DNA from: Bacteroidia bacterium
GTDB lineage: Bacteria; Bacteroidota; Bacteroidia; SpSt-205
DNA: 62,317 nt
Direction: 5' to 3'
NCBI GenBank assembly: GCA_026413325.1
Contig: JANZYW010000003.1
Span: 1 to 62,317, forward strand
Within the stretch, counting starts at the first letter, position 1, and each line of letters opens with the position of its first letter. Positions 19,661-28,987 of the stretch are shown here, in pieces. Made by a program: the position numbers and the translations under genes. The notes under the pieces are model-generated. The model did no database searches and had not been told where the DNA came from. It was given only the letters and a program-made list of their open reading frames with translations.

Positions 19661-20131
19661 ATGAAGAAGATAAGCTTTCGATGGATTATTTCCCTCCTCC
19701 TATTAGCTGGTATCTACATACAGAGCCGAGAATCACTCTTCGCCCCCCAAGTAAGTCTGCTCTCTGAACCGTCTTCGACTGTTTTTATATCCGTTTCGGA
19801 GAGACCTAATACACCTCCTAAGCTCTCCTGGTGGAAGAAAGTCCAGCGATTTATCCACACCCTACTACAAAAAGTTTCGGATGAAGAGACCTTGTCACTC
19901 GTTTTGGGGGTTGCATTCATTGCCTTTGGCCTTTTCCCCGTAGCTATCCTAATCGTAGGTATCATAAGAAACCGGGAAGACTGGATACTCCACTTTATCT
20001 TGAATGTGCTGGTAACCATAGCGGCTTGGGCTTTGTTTTTCCTAACCTGCGGTCTGGGAGTGTGGATTACCATCACCCTTTTGGCGGTTTGCCTAATCCA
20101 TGCGCTGTGGTACGTCATCACTCGGTCATAA
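19661..20131 (+). CDS. Divergent Pmp3-like membrane protein
   Basis: Same architecture as the upstream gene: signal, K(L/V)S(W/F)(W/F)xKV, D-W, LN, TCG, IHA. Confidence 0.6.
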   Translation: MKKISFRWIISLLLLAGIYIQSRESLFAPQVSLLSEPSSTVFISVSERPNTPPKLSWWKKVQRFIHTLLQKVSDEETLSLVLGVAFIAFGLFPVAILIVGIIRNREDWILHFILNVLVTIAAWALFFLTCGLGVWITITLLAVCLIHALWYVITRS

Positions 20132-20478
20132 AAATTTTTCTTATTTTAGAGCTACTTTTTCGGGTGGGATTTTTATTAGGAGGGTTCTACCTCTGGCTTC
20201 TTCCTGCTTCTTACTTCGATACGGGCGTCTCCTCCTGTATCTGGAAAAGAGCGTGGGGAATCGAATGTCCTGGATGTGGCCTCACGCGCGGAACACAGCA
20301 CATGCTCCATGGAGAGTGGGAAATAGCCATAGATTACCATCCCTTCTCTCCTTTTACTACTCTGCTTCTGACCTTTGCCTGGGGAGCTAATATCGTCAGT
20401 CTTTACCGGCTTTGGAGAAATAGGGAAAAAACGTACCTTCCTCTATGGTGTAGATTGAAGCGCTGGTTTTCCTCCTGA
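20107..20478 (+). CDS. DUF2752-family membrane protein (second copy)
   Basis: LLPASYFD...C...ECPGCGLTRGTQH..HGEWEIAIDYHP; paralog of 18789-19151. Start is uncertain (GTG 20107). Confidence 0.8.
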   Translation: MVRHHSVIKIFLILELLFRVGFLLGGFYLWLLPASYFDTGVSSCIWKRAWGIECPGCGLTRGTQHMLHGEWEIAIDYHPFSPFTTLLLTFAWGANIVSLYRLWRNREKTYLPLWCRLKRWFSS

Positions 20479-20524
20479 AAACTTCATAGCGACTTTTGCT
20501 CTAGAACAGTGCGAGTCTACTATT

Positions 20525-21073
20525 TTATACCACCTTAACTGAATCCCAAAATAGCCGAGGAGCCTCTTCTCGGTAATACTTTTCCCATTTCTCCTTAGGC
20601 TCCTCAAACCACAGGGGAAGGAGGGCCAGGCTCCACTGCTGGGCCAAAATGTAGGGTATAGGCAGAGAACGCACCAACCCAAACTGCTGAGCACTTTTGA
20701 GAGCATCTATCCATTCTGGAAGCTGCAGAGGACGAGGACTCATAAGCAGAGGAGGAAGAAGGGTCGCAGACGGCCCCTCCACATTCCAGGAAAGAGAACT
20801 GATCCCAGTATAGAAGCGCTCATAGAAAACTTGTACCCGTTCTGGGAGGGGCTTTCCCATTTCCCGAAGGGGCAGAAGTACCTCTTCCAGCGAAGGAGGC
20901 GAAAGAAGAGATTGAACAACTTCATACAGCCCCCGTTTATTGCGGAAGTAATAATGAATCTGAGCGGTGTGAACCCCGGCAGCCCGAGCGATGCGTTCCA
21001 AGCGAGCACCATCATACCCGTACTGCGCAAACTCCCGAATCGCTGCCTCCTTTATCCGCTGAGCTACATCCAC
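20525..21073 (-). CDS. TetR/AcrR-family transcriptional regulator
   Basis: AAIREFAQYGYDGARLERIARAAGVHTAQIHYYFRNKRGLY HTH. Confidence 0.9.
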   Translation of the reverse strand: MDVAQRIKEAAIREFAQYGYDGARLERIARAAGVHTAQIHYYFRNKRGLYEVVQSLLSPPSLEEVLLPLREMGKPLPERVQVFYERFYTGISSLSWNVEGPSATLLPPLLMSPRPLQLPEWIDALKSAQQFGLVRSLPIPYILAQQWSLALLPLWFEEPKEKWEKYYREEAPRLFWDSVKVV

Positions 21074-21216
21074 CCCCGCAAAGATAGAAGATGCATCTCA
21101 TGACGTGCCATTCTCATAGAAAACGAATAGAATAGGTTTATCTCCACTCCCACTGAATGCAAAAATCCTTCGATAAAACCTCTCTTATCCTCTTTCACAG
21201 TAAGTACCTTTGTGAG

Positions 21217-22425
21217 GTGGAAAAGTCTGCAGAATTACTTCGGCTGCGCCGCTCTCAAGTGGTAGGATGGCTCATCTTTCTCTCCTACTTACTCAATCTT
21301 TTTCTCAGTGAGATGTTCATCCCTTCCTCTCAGGTTCATGCAAAATGGCTGTATCGGTATCTGTATGGACTGGGGATTTTGTACCCCGCCGGGATTCTTT
21401 TTGCTCTTTATCATCCAAGCACCCGCCAAAATCCGCTTATCCGAATCCTTTGCGTTTACGGGAGTACCCTTCCTATTCTGGCGGAAGCTGTCCTCACGTA
21501 TCCTCTGCCAGGAGGTACTTTTTGGTGGGTATGCTTTACAGGAGGTTACGGCGCTATTCTACTCCTTGAGCCTAAAGCTCGCACTTGGCAAATTCATCTT
21601 CTTATCGGAGGGCATATTTTACTCGCTATCATAGGGGTTTTTTTGCACCGCTGGCTCAACTATATCCCCGCAAATGAGGTCAGCAACGGACATCTCCGAT
21701 TTGGAACACTTAGCGTATTCGTAGGAATAGCTGCCTACTTAGGATACTTTCAATACAAAGACGTATTGTCTGAAATCTTACGAGCCAAAGAAGAGCAAGA
21801 GATGCTGATAAGCGATCAGAGAAGCCTCCTAATAGAAGCGACCATCCAGCGGGAAGAGGCCATAAAGCGCCGGGAAGAAGCCGAAGCCGCCATCCGAGAA
21901 GTACAGAAACTCCGAGAAGAAGAGCGACAGCGGAGCCAAAGAGAAGCATTCATCGTGCGCTATGAGGCCCTCATGCGAAGCAGCTATTCGCTGAGCTCTG
22001 AGGCGTTTGCCCGCCTTCTGCTGGAGTACTTCGCGGAGGACTTACAGGCAGTGGGAGGCGTTTTCTATCTAAGGAGAGCGGATGCCTGGCATGTCCTCCG
22101 TACCTACGCCTATCCTTTTCATGAAGGAAAGATCGGAAAAGGAGGCGCCCTGGACATAGCCGCCCATCTCCGCAAACCTTATCTCCTGCATCCTGTCCCC
22201 GCAGGTACTCCCAAGCCTTCTTCTGCTCTCTGTACGGTAACTCCTCAAGCCCTTTTGTACCTTCCTTTCTACAGTGAAGCCACTCAAGAAACCATGGCTA
22301 TTACCGAGCTCTTGCTGGGCAGCCTGCCCACAGACGATTTCCTTCTTCTCCTCGAAGCAATCCTCCCTCGAATAGGGACCTATATCTGGGCCCGAGAAAG
22401 ACAAGTAGCAAATGCACCCTCATAA
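21217..22425 (+). CDS. Membrane sensor-like protein (about 6 TM + coiled coil + GAF-like domain)
   Basis: Hydrophobic N-half, E/R-rich coiled coil, and GVFY...TYAY...LLYLPF...ELL GAF-like C-terminus. Start likely GTG 21217, 4 nt after TACCTTTG. Confidence 0.6.
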   Translation: MEKSAELLRLRRSQVVGWLIFLSYLLNLFLSEMFIPSSQVHAKWLYRYLYGLGILYPAGILFALYHPSTRQNPLIRILCVYGSTLPILAEAVLTYPLPGGTFWWVCFTGGYGAILLLEPKARTWQIHLLIGGHILLAIIGVFLHRWLNYIPANEVSNGHLRFGTLSVFVGIAAYLGYFQYKDVLSEILRAKEEQEMLISDQRSLLIEATIQREEAIKRREEAEAAIREVQKLREEERQRSQREAFIVRYEALMRSSYSLSSEAFARLLLEYFAEDLQAVGGVFYLRRADAWHVLRTYAYPFHEGKIGKGGALDIAAHLRKPYLLHPVPAGTPKPSSALCTVTPQALLYLPFYSEATQETMAITELLLGSLPTDDFLLLLEAILPRIGTYIWARERQVANAPS

Positions 22426-22580
22426 GCAAAAGATACGATGAATGACGAGGTAGTTCTTCCAAAAAGCTCTTGTATTACCCGATAAGAGATACATTTTTCA
22501 TAATGGAAATCTTAGCTGGGCGAGAATACTCTTTTCCTCTACGGGTAGGGGCATGTAGGTGAGTTGTAAGAAAAAAGTGC

Positions 22581-22588
22581 TACCTTTG
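22581..22588 (+). promoter_or_regulatory. -7 promoter element (TACCTTTG) of the tRNA-Ile/tRNA-Ala pair
   Basis: Perfect TAnnTTTG 8 nt before tRNA-Ile, with TTG further upstream. Confidence 0.7.
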
Positions 22589-22596
22589 CGCCCGCT

Positions 22597-22670
22597 GGGC
22601 CTGTAGCTCAGATGGTTAGAGCGCGACACTGATAATGTCGAGGTCCGTGGTTCGATTCCACGCAGGCCCA
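22597..22670 (+). tRNA. tRNA-Ile(GAT)
   Basis: GGGCCTG acceptor stem pairs with CAGGCCC; anticodon arm CGACA-CTGATAA-TGTCG; TTCGATT T-loop. CCA not encoded. Confidence 0.96.
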
Positions 22671-22683
22671 CTACTCAATCTTG

Positions 22684-22756
22684 GGGGAGTTAGCTCAGTT
22701 GGTAGAGCGTCGGCTTTGCAAGCCGAAGGCCAGCGGTTCGAATCCGCTACTCTCCA
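22684..22756 (+). tRNA. tRNA-Ala(TGC)
   Basis: GGGGAGT/ACTCTCC acceptor stem with G3:U70; anticodon arm TCGGC-TTTGCAA-GCCGA; TTCGAAT T-loop. Confidence 0.96.
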
Positions 22757-22851
22757 CCCTCCCCTCTAAAAGCCTTCTTATCCACAGATTATATTCAACT
22801 GCCTGTACAGGGGAGGATACGCCCCTGTCCTAACCTGTATATTTGCTTTGG

Positions 22852-25800
22852 ATGAAACATAGTATGACCTGGAGAGAGAGTAGGTATCAATCCTATCCTT
22901 CTCTGTGCCCGATAGTATTATCTATACAGATTGCAAGTCTTGTTTTCTTCTGCCAAGCTCAGACGCCTTCCTGGCAGGCTTCTGTCCCGCGAGGTGCTGC
23001 TATAGACCTATTACCTGATGGAAATCTTTTAGTAATGGCTGGGAAAGAAGGCGTATACGCTGTTTCTTCCAAAGATGGCCAGAAACTTTGGCACTGCAGT
23101 GCTTGCAATCGAGCTGGCTCGAAGGAGTGGCGACAAATACAAAATCTTCCCCTGTGGGAGGCGGGAAGGTTGCTCCTGGGCCCTCCAGGAGTGTCTGGAG
23201 ACAGTTTGAGGCGGCTCTATCCCGACTGGTGGAGCCGTCCCTACCTACTGCTCAATGCAGCTACGGGTAGGTTGATCTTCGATGCAGAGCAGGAGCGGCG
23301 AAGCTGGAGTGTAGTGAGTGGACGCGCAGTTTTACCTGAGCAGGGTACATTGATACTATTCGGCCTGGGACCTAAAGAACCCGGGCGCTTTTTGTCTACA
23401 GAGACTTCTATCCTTGCAGCTTATGATCTGCGTAGTGGAAGTCAGCTTTGGCGCCGACCTGCGGGCGAAAAAGCAGCTTTAGAAAACTTACAAAGCAATT
23501 TGGCAGCTTTCGAAGGAAGGGTGTATTTCCTCACCAATAAAGCCCTCTATGCCGTCGAAGCTCGAACTGGAGCCCAACTCTGGCGAGTTCCTATCGTGAA
23601 AGATTTTAGCCTCCGAGCCACAACAGGTACTTACGTCTTCGTGGACCCAGAAAAAGATTTAGTAGTTGCTTTCGGACGGGGACGTATAGTCGCTGTACAG
23701 CGTAGCAGCGGCCAACCTGTCTGGAGTAAGCCTGTGAATGTTCCTCGAGATAATATCTTGCACGCATTTAGTACGTCTGCAGGGATTCTTTTATTTACAG
23801 ATGACCTCACACCAGGCTCCCCGAATCGACCTACTGGCCGCAATCTTCTCTCCCCTCCCCTGGCTCTCTTGCTTCGATACGAAAGCGGGGAAAACGTCTG
23901 GGGAGAGCGTCTGAAAACCCCAGGTTTACTTGCTGGGTACATTCCACTCACAGAAAATCGCCTTTTTTGCCTCTTCCAACGCGAGCGGTTCTGGAGCTCT
24001 GGACAAGGTCGCCCTGAAGACTGGGCAGCGGTAGAAATAGATGTATTAGACATTCAACGGGGCCAATTCCTCTTTAAGAATCCCCTTCGACTTCAAGGAG
24101 CGCTTCTTACTGCCCAGAATGTACCAGGGGGATTTTTGGTACAGACTGCCCGCCGAATTCAATATCTCAGTGAGGAAGGCCAGGTTTTATGGGAAAAACC
24201 TATTCGTCGACCCTTTCGGCTCCCATTTGCAGTGCGAGACGAAGGAGGCGTATTTCAAGCCTATTTTATCGATGAGGGTGGCCAGCTGTACCGATGGGAT
24301 GGTCCTGGGCGGGAGCCTCAATCAATAGGCAAGCCTTTATCTGCTTTTCTCTCCGACCCTGCACAAGGCATAGCCTGGGAAAAAGGAAAGTTATACGTAT
24401 GGGGAGGTTCCAGTTTATACCTTCTCACTTCAGAAGGAGACATCCTGTGCGAGTTTCGGCGCCCTCCCCCTGCCTACTCCCCTGCCATACGACTCCTTGG
24501 CACTACGATAAGCATTGCGGGTTATGCCACTTCCGCCTATCTAACTTACAAAGCCCTTCAAACCTTATCTTACGACCCCGAAAGAGAATGGGACAGACCC
24601 GATCAAGCTACCTCCCTCCGACAGGCTCTCACAGCAGCTGGATATCTAACAGGAGCCGTAGCCACCGAGTTCATCGCTGATGTCTCCTGGGAAGCCATAG
24701 TCAAAAGACGCCAGACTCAAATAAAAGACATAGAAAATCATGCATTCCTCTTAGGAATGAACAAAAACAGTGCTATATTCTTTATCTTAGATAAGACAAC
24801 ATGTGAAGTCAAAGGACAAACAGATTTAGGGCCGCTTCGGCTCTTTCAATCCCTGGAGATGGAAGTCGATCCCTTGGAAAAGCGCGTCTATGTGTTAGAT
24901 GATGAGCAAATCCTGGCTTTCGAGATGCCTGGGGGAGTCAGGAATCCCCCCCCCCTACTTCGAGCGCTGGTTATCCGCATCCAAGGGCCGCTGGAAAGCC
25001 CAGAACAAAGTGAAGAATACGTAGAGGAACTCCTCTTTCTGACGAGAAGCGCTGGCTATGTCGTCTCTCATGCTCTCTCTTATTCGTGGAGAAGGCCTGA
25101 CCCCGCCACTTTTCTCACTCGAGGGCGAGTAGAAGAGATCTTGGGCTTCTTACGGGAACGAGAATCAGAAATAGACTTCATTCTCGTAGATGCTGAGCTT
25201 TCCGCCGTACAAGTTCGAAACTTAGAAAAAACATGGAATAAGCCAGTAACAGACCGAGAAGGGCTCATTTTAGAAATTTTTGCCCGAAATGCTCGTACAG
25301 CTCAAGCGAAAGCCCAAGTTGAGTTAGCACGATTGGAGTACGAGCTGCCTCGGTTAGCGCATCGATGGACCCATTTATCTCGGGAACGGGGAGGCATTGG
25401 CTTGCGAGGGGGAGGAGGGGAGCAACAGCTGGAGACCGATCGTCGCAAAGTGCGGCAGCAGATCGCGCGACTTCGACAGAAAGTGGCCGAGTTTCAACGT
25501 CAAGCGGAAATCCGACGAGAACGGCGAGAAAATCTCCCCCGAGTCGCTCTTGTAGGATACACAAACGTGGGAAAATCGACTCTCATGCGGCTCATCACCA
25601 AATCCCCCGTTCTCGTCGCTGATCGGCTCTTCGCTACGCTCGATACCACCACCCGTCGAGTAGTCTTAGATGGGATGGCCTTTCTTCTCTCTGATACGGT
25701 AGGATTCATCCGGAAACTACCCCCTACCTTATTAGAGGCTTTCCATACAACTTTAGAGGAGGTTCGAGAAGCGGATCTTCTCCTACTCGTCGTAGATGCC

Positions 25801-26079
25801 AGCTCCCCTGGCTATCTGGAGCAGATCCGCACTGTAGAGCGGACGCTTGAAATGATAGGAGCGGCTCATATCCCCATTCTCATCGTAATGAACAAGATCG
25901 ATCGCTTACCTCCCGAGCAGAAGGAGCTATTAGAAGAAAGTTGGCGAGCCCAAAGCGCATATCCCACTGTTTTCCTTTCAGCTACCGAGAAGTATAATGT
26001 AGAACAGCTACATCGCCAGATCATAGAGCTTCTCCGTGCTCTCCCCCGCTACCAGAAACAAATTCCCTCAACTGTATGA
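22852..26079 (+). CDS. hflX: PQQ/BamB-like beta-propeller fused to GTPase HflX
   Basis: First ~690 aa have repeated A.D..TG..LW propeller motifs after a signal-like peptide. The C-terminal ~370 aa are HflX (LILEIF...A.T..AK.QVELA.L.Y.LPRL, GYTNVGKST, LFATLDTT, DTVG, NKID). The fusion may depend on a C10 tract (see findings). Confidence 0.85.
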   Translation: MKHSMTWRESRYQSYPSLCPIVLSIQIASLVFFCQAQTPSWQASVPRGAAIDLLPDGNLLVMAGKEGVYAVSSKDGQKLWHCSACNRAGSKEWRQIQNLPLWEAGRLLLGPPGVSGDSLRRLYPDWWSRPYLLLNAATGRLIFDAEQERRSWSVVSGRAVLPEQGTLILFGLGPKEPGRFLSTETSILAAYDLRSGSQLWRRPAGEKAALENLQSNLAAFEGRVYFLTNKALYAVEARTGAQLWRVPIVKDFSLRATTGTYVFVDPEKDLVVAFGRGRIVAVQRSSGQPVWSKPVNVPRDNILHAFSTSAGILLFTDDLTPGSPNRPTGRNLLSPPLALLLRYESGENVWGERLKTPGLLAGYIPLTENRLFCLFQRERFWSSGQGRPEDWAAVEIDVLDIQRGQFLFKNPLRLQGALLTAQNVPGGFLVQTARRIQYLSEEGQVLWEKPIRRPFRLPFAVRDEGGVFQAYFIDEGGQLYRWDGPGREPQSIGKPLSAFLSDPAQGIAWEKGKLYVWGGSSLYLLTSEGDILCEFRRPPPAYSPAIRLLGTTISIAGYATSAYLTYKALQTLSYDPEREWDRPDQATSLRQALTAAGYLTGAVATEFIADVSWEAIVKRRQTQIKDIENHAFLLGMNKNSAIFFILDKTTCEVKGQTDLGPLRLFQSLEMEVDPLEKRVYVLDDEQILAFEMPGGVRNPPPLLRALVIRIQGPLESPEQSEEYVEELLFLTRSAGYVVSHALSYSWRRPDPATFLTRGRVEEILGFLRERESEIDFILVDAELSAVQVRNLEKTWNKPVTDREGLILEIFARNARTAQAKAQVELARLEYELPRLAHRWTHLSRERGGIGLRGGGGEQQLETDRRKVRQQIARLRQKVAEFQRQAEIRRERRENLPRVALVGYTNVGKSTLMRLITKSPVLVADRLFATLDTTTRRVVLDGMAFLLSDTVGFIRKLPPTLLEAFHTTLEEVREADLLLLVVDASSPGYLEQIRTVERTLEMIGAAHIPILIVMNKIDRLPPEQKELLEESWRAQSAYPTVFLSATEKYNVEQLHRQIIELLRALPRYQKQIPSTV

Positions 26080-26549
26080 ACAATAATTTCTTATTATTGC
26101 TTTTGTTCCCTCTCATCACACTGAGCCAGTCGATGAGTGATTCCATTCAAGTTCGACGCGTACAGCGCAGTCTCTTCATCCATCTTGGAGGGTGGGCTGG
26201 GGCTGGGATCGCTACAGGTACCTGGCAGACCCTCTCCCGCAGGAATACTATTACCCAGTACATGGGATATCAAAATCTAGCCTGGGGAGGAGTCAATGCT
26301 GCTATTACCGTCATCGGAGCGATCTCCTCCAGAAAGCAAGCAAAACAAATGATAGATTGGTCAGCGAACAAACAGAGACTTCGCCGATGGCTATGGATAA
26401 ATGCAGGCTTAGACTTGGGGTATATGGCTGTGGGTACGTTTTTGGCTACTCGGCCAGATCCCCGTCTCAAAGGAACGGGATACGGGGTCATTCTGCAAGG
26501 GGGAGGCCTTTTCGTTCTGGATGCGTGGCACGCACTTCGGCTTCGATAG
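26076..26549 (+). CDS. Hypothetical membrane protein (DUF6992-like)
   Basis: QNLAWG.VN, WINAGLDLGYM and G.G.GVILQG..LFVLD hydrophobic motifs; overlaps the hflX stop. Confidence 0.55.
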   Translation: MNNNFLLLLLFPLITLSQSMSDSIQVRRVQRSLFIHLGGWAGAGIATGTWQTLSRRNTITQYMGYQNLAWGGVNAAITVIGAISSRKQAKQMIDWSANKQRLRRWLWINAGLDLGYMAVGTFLATRPDPRLKGTGYGVILQGGGLFVLDAWHALRLR

Positions 26550-26644
26550 CGTAGCATTTCGCTTTCTGGACGTGAAAGGGAGCCTGTGTGCAGCATCGCC
26601 AAAGGAGATGCAGGCTTTCTCTAACGCATTTGAAACGTTCTATC

Positions 26645-28987
26645 TTAGGGCAACCATTTTATCCTACACCACGAGAAGCGATACTGAGAACCCACTCGGA
26701 CCCAAAAATGCAGTGTCGTATCTATGGGAGGAGGAGCATACCACCGGACCTGTCCGATCCGCTGCCATCCGATCGTGTCGTGCCCTACCCCCCACAGCAG
26801 AGGAGTAGGAGGGCTACTTCTCGCCTGTAAGGGAAGGCGTCCTTTTCGACGAGAGAGCCACAGTGTACTTCCACGAGGAGGAAAGTCTACTTCCACCTCC
26901 AGCCCAGGACACGATGGGGCGTGGGGAGGAAGGTCTATCGTGTCGGGGCTCCCTCCAATCAGTCCCCACGGTACATTAGGAAATGCAACCCTCTTAAGCT
27001 GTAGACCACTCGTATCGCGGGGAAGACAAAGCTCACAATAGCTAAAAGAAGCGTTCTTCCACAATACGCGGGTATGCCTACACACAGGTAGGATACTACC
27101 TTCTTTCACTCGCCAGGCTTCAAGAGAGGCACTGCAGCTTTCTCCTATGCGATGCCCCGTAAGAGGGCAGATACGGACTCTCTCTACACAAAAGGGAGGG
27201 GACTCTTTCTTTCCTTCCCCCAAGAGAGCGGTTATTTCCTGCGCAAGGGGTAGAGCTACAAGAGAACCTTTGAGACAACCACTGGGAGAAGCATCAGGAT
27301 TTCCTATCCATACCCCCACCACATACCGGCTGTCATATGCGATACACCATGCATCTCGCAGCTGCGCAGAAGTTCCTGTTTTGTAGCTCCAGCCATCTTC
27401 CCTGCAGAGGATACCCCGAACTATCCAAGGCCCTCCTTTCCCCCATACAATACGCTTTTCAGGCGAATCGGAAGCCTTTCGGCGGAGACGAATCCATACT
27501 CCCCCACTTGCCAGGGCAGTATAGGCCTGAACTATATTGAAAAGAGAGGCCTCCGCTGCACCGACTATCACCGCATATCCCCCTTTTCTCGAAAGAACAA
27601 TACCCAGCGCTTCCATCGTGGAGAAAAAAGATTCAAGCCCCACCTGTCCCAGCAGATCAACCGCTGGAGCGTTAAGAGAGTAGAAAAGAGCTTTTGAGGC
27701 ACTCACGAGACCTTTGTACTCCCTCCGTTGGAAGTTTACAGGTGTATAGCCTCTATAATCTCGAGGCCAGTCCAAGAGGGGAGTCTCCGAGTGGATGATC
27801 CCCTGCTCTAAAGCTTCTGACCACAAAAAGGGCTTGAGTGTGCTGCCAACTGCGCGAGGCGATCGGATAAGATCGATCGCACAAGAAGAATAGGCGCTAC
27901 TGGGTACGTAGGCTCGCACCTTTCCCGTCGTCACTTCAGCTATCAGTACGGCTCCTTCTTGGATACCACATGTACGCCAGAAGTGAAGATATCTTAGGAG
28001 ACGACGGCGTACCTCCTGTTGTAGAGGATTCTCTATGTATAGGGTATCTGTGGATGAAAAGATGGGGGGGAGAACATGGGATTCTAAGCGGGGGCAAGAA
28101 TGCCTCTTAGGTCGCAGATAGGTGGAAATAGCCTGTTGATATACTGCTGCGGATAGGAAGCCGGCTTGGTACCAACGATGGACCCAGCCGAGGGCCTGCT
28201 CTCGGAATCCAGGCTCCCCCTTTTCAAAGGACCTACGCAGACGAGGACGCTGAGATACCAGCAGCAAAGAAGCGATTTCCAAGGGGGTAAGCCTGTCGGC
28301 TCCTTTCCCAAAGTACCGCAAAGCCGCAGCTTCTATACCTTCTATGTTTCCACCAAAAGGGGCATAGGTCAGATAAAATCGCAGGATATCTTCCTTCGTA
28401 TATCGAAGCTCCAGTCCAAAAGCCCAGAAAATCTCCTTGAGCTTTCTTCCGAGAGTACGAGGACCTGGACGCCACAGACGAGCAAGTTGCATAGTCAGCG
28501 TAGATCCGCCTTGGCGTTCTCCGAGGAGAGTCTTACCCAAAGCACGGACAAGTGCAAAAGGATTGACACCTATGTGATACCAGAAAGCCTTATCTTCTTT
28601 GTAGAGCAAGAGGGGAGCCACCCGTCGAATAGTTGCCTCATTGGGAGGAAACCGCCACTTCCCATCGGCCGAAAGCGATGAGTGAAGGAGATTCCCTTTA
28701 TCGTCATACCATCGAGGGCTTAGAGGAGGAGGGGAAGGAGCCGCCTCCCAAGCAGCCCCCAAGAGGAGAAGAATACCTAAAAGCCCATATACCCCCGCCT
28801 CTATCCACGAGACCGACTCTGTGCCAAGAAGGCGCCTTATGAGGACATACTTTTTCGGCCCAGCGGCCGCCGCCACAGGCGGCGGCCGCCCAACCCTAAA
28901 CAAACCAGCACCAGAATCACCAAAGCACCCCAGCCCCCACACAAGACAAAAAACAAGCCCCTCCTCTACATCCCCCCGCCACTTCAT
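26645..28987 (-). CDS. pbpC: Penicillin-binding protein 1C
   Basis: Transglycosylase motifs EDKAFWYHIGVNP, GGSTLTMQLAR, RKLKE and PFGGNIEG; transpeptidase motifs STLK, SLN and KTG. Downstream of alpha-2-macroglobulin. Start uncertain. Confidence 0.9.
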   Translation of the reverse strand: MKWRGDVEEGLVFCLVWGLGCFGDSGAGLFRVGRPPPVAAAAGPKKYVLIRRLLGTESVSWIEAGVYGLLGILLLLGAAWEAAPSPPPLSPRWYDDKGNLLHSSLSADGKWRFPPNEATIRRVAPLLLYKEDKAFWYHIGVNPFALVRALGKTLLGERQGGSTLTMQLARLWRPGPRTLGRKLKEIFWAFGLELRYTKEDILRFYLTYAPFGGNIEGIEAAALRYFGKGADRLTPLEIASLLLVSQRPRLRRSFEKGEPGFREQALGWVHRWYQAGFLSAAVYQQAISTYLRPKRHSCPRLESHVLPPIFSSTDTLYIENPLQQEVRRRLLRYLHFWRTCGIQEGAVLIAEVTTGKVRAYVPSSAYSSCAIDLIRSPRAVGSTLKPFLWSEALEQGIIHSETPLLDWPRDYRGYTPVNFQRREYKGLVSASKALFYSLNAPAVDLLGQVGLESFFSTMEALGIVLSRKGGYAVIVGAAEASLFNIVQAYTALASGGVWIRLRRKASDSPEKRIVWGKGGPWIVRGILCREDGWSYKTGTSAQLRDAWCIAYDSRYVVGVWIGNPDASPSGCLKGSLVALPLAQEITALLGEGKKESPPFCVERVRICPLTGHRIGESCSASLEAWRVKEGSILPVCRHTRVLWKNASFSYCELCLPRDTSGLQLKRVAFPNVPWGLIGGSPDTIDLPPHAPSCPGLEVEVDFPPRGSTLWLSRRKGRLPLQARSSPPTPLLWGVGHDTIGWQRIGQVRWYAPPPIDTTLHFWVRVGSQYRFSWCRIKWLP
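28863..28889. repeat. Perfect GC-only inverted repeat (12-bp stem, 3-nt loop)
   Basis: GCGGCCGCCGCC-ACA-GGCGGCGGCCGC. Confidence 0.85.

Noticed and set aside
22757-22850. tRNA-anchored genomic island or oriC
   Set aside because: There is no integrase or duplicated tRNA 3' end, only one DnaA box, and no obvious strand-skew switch.
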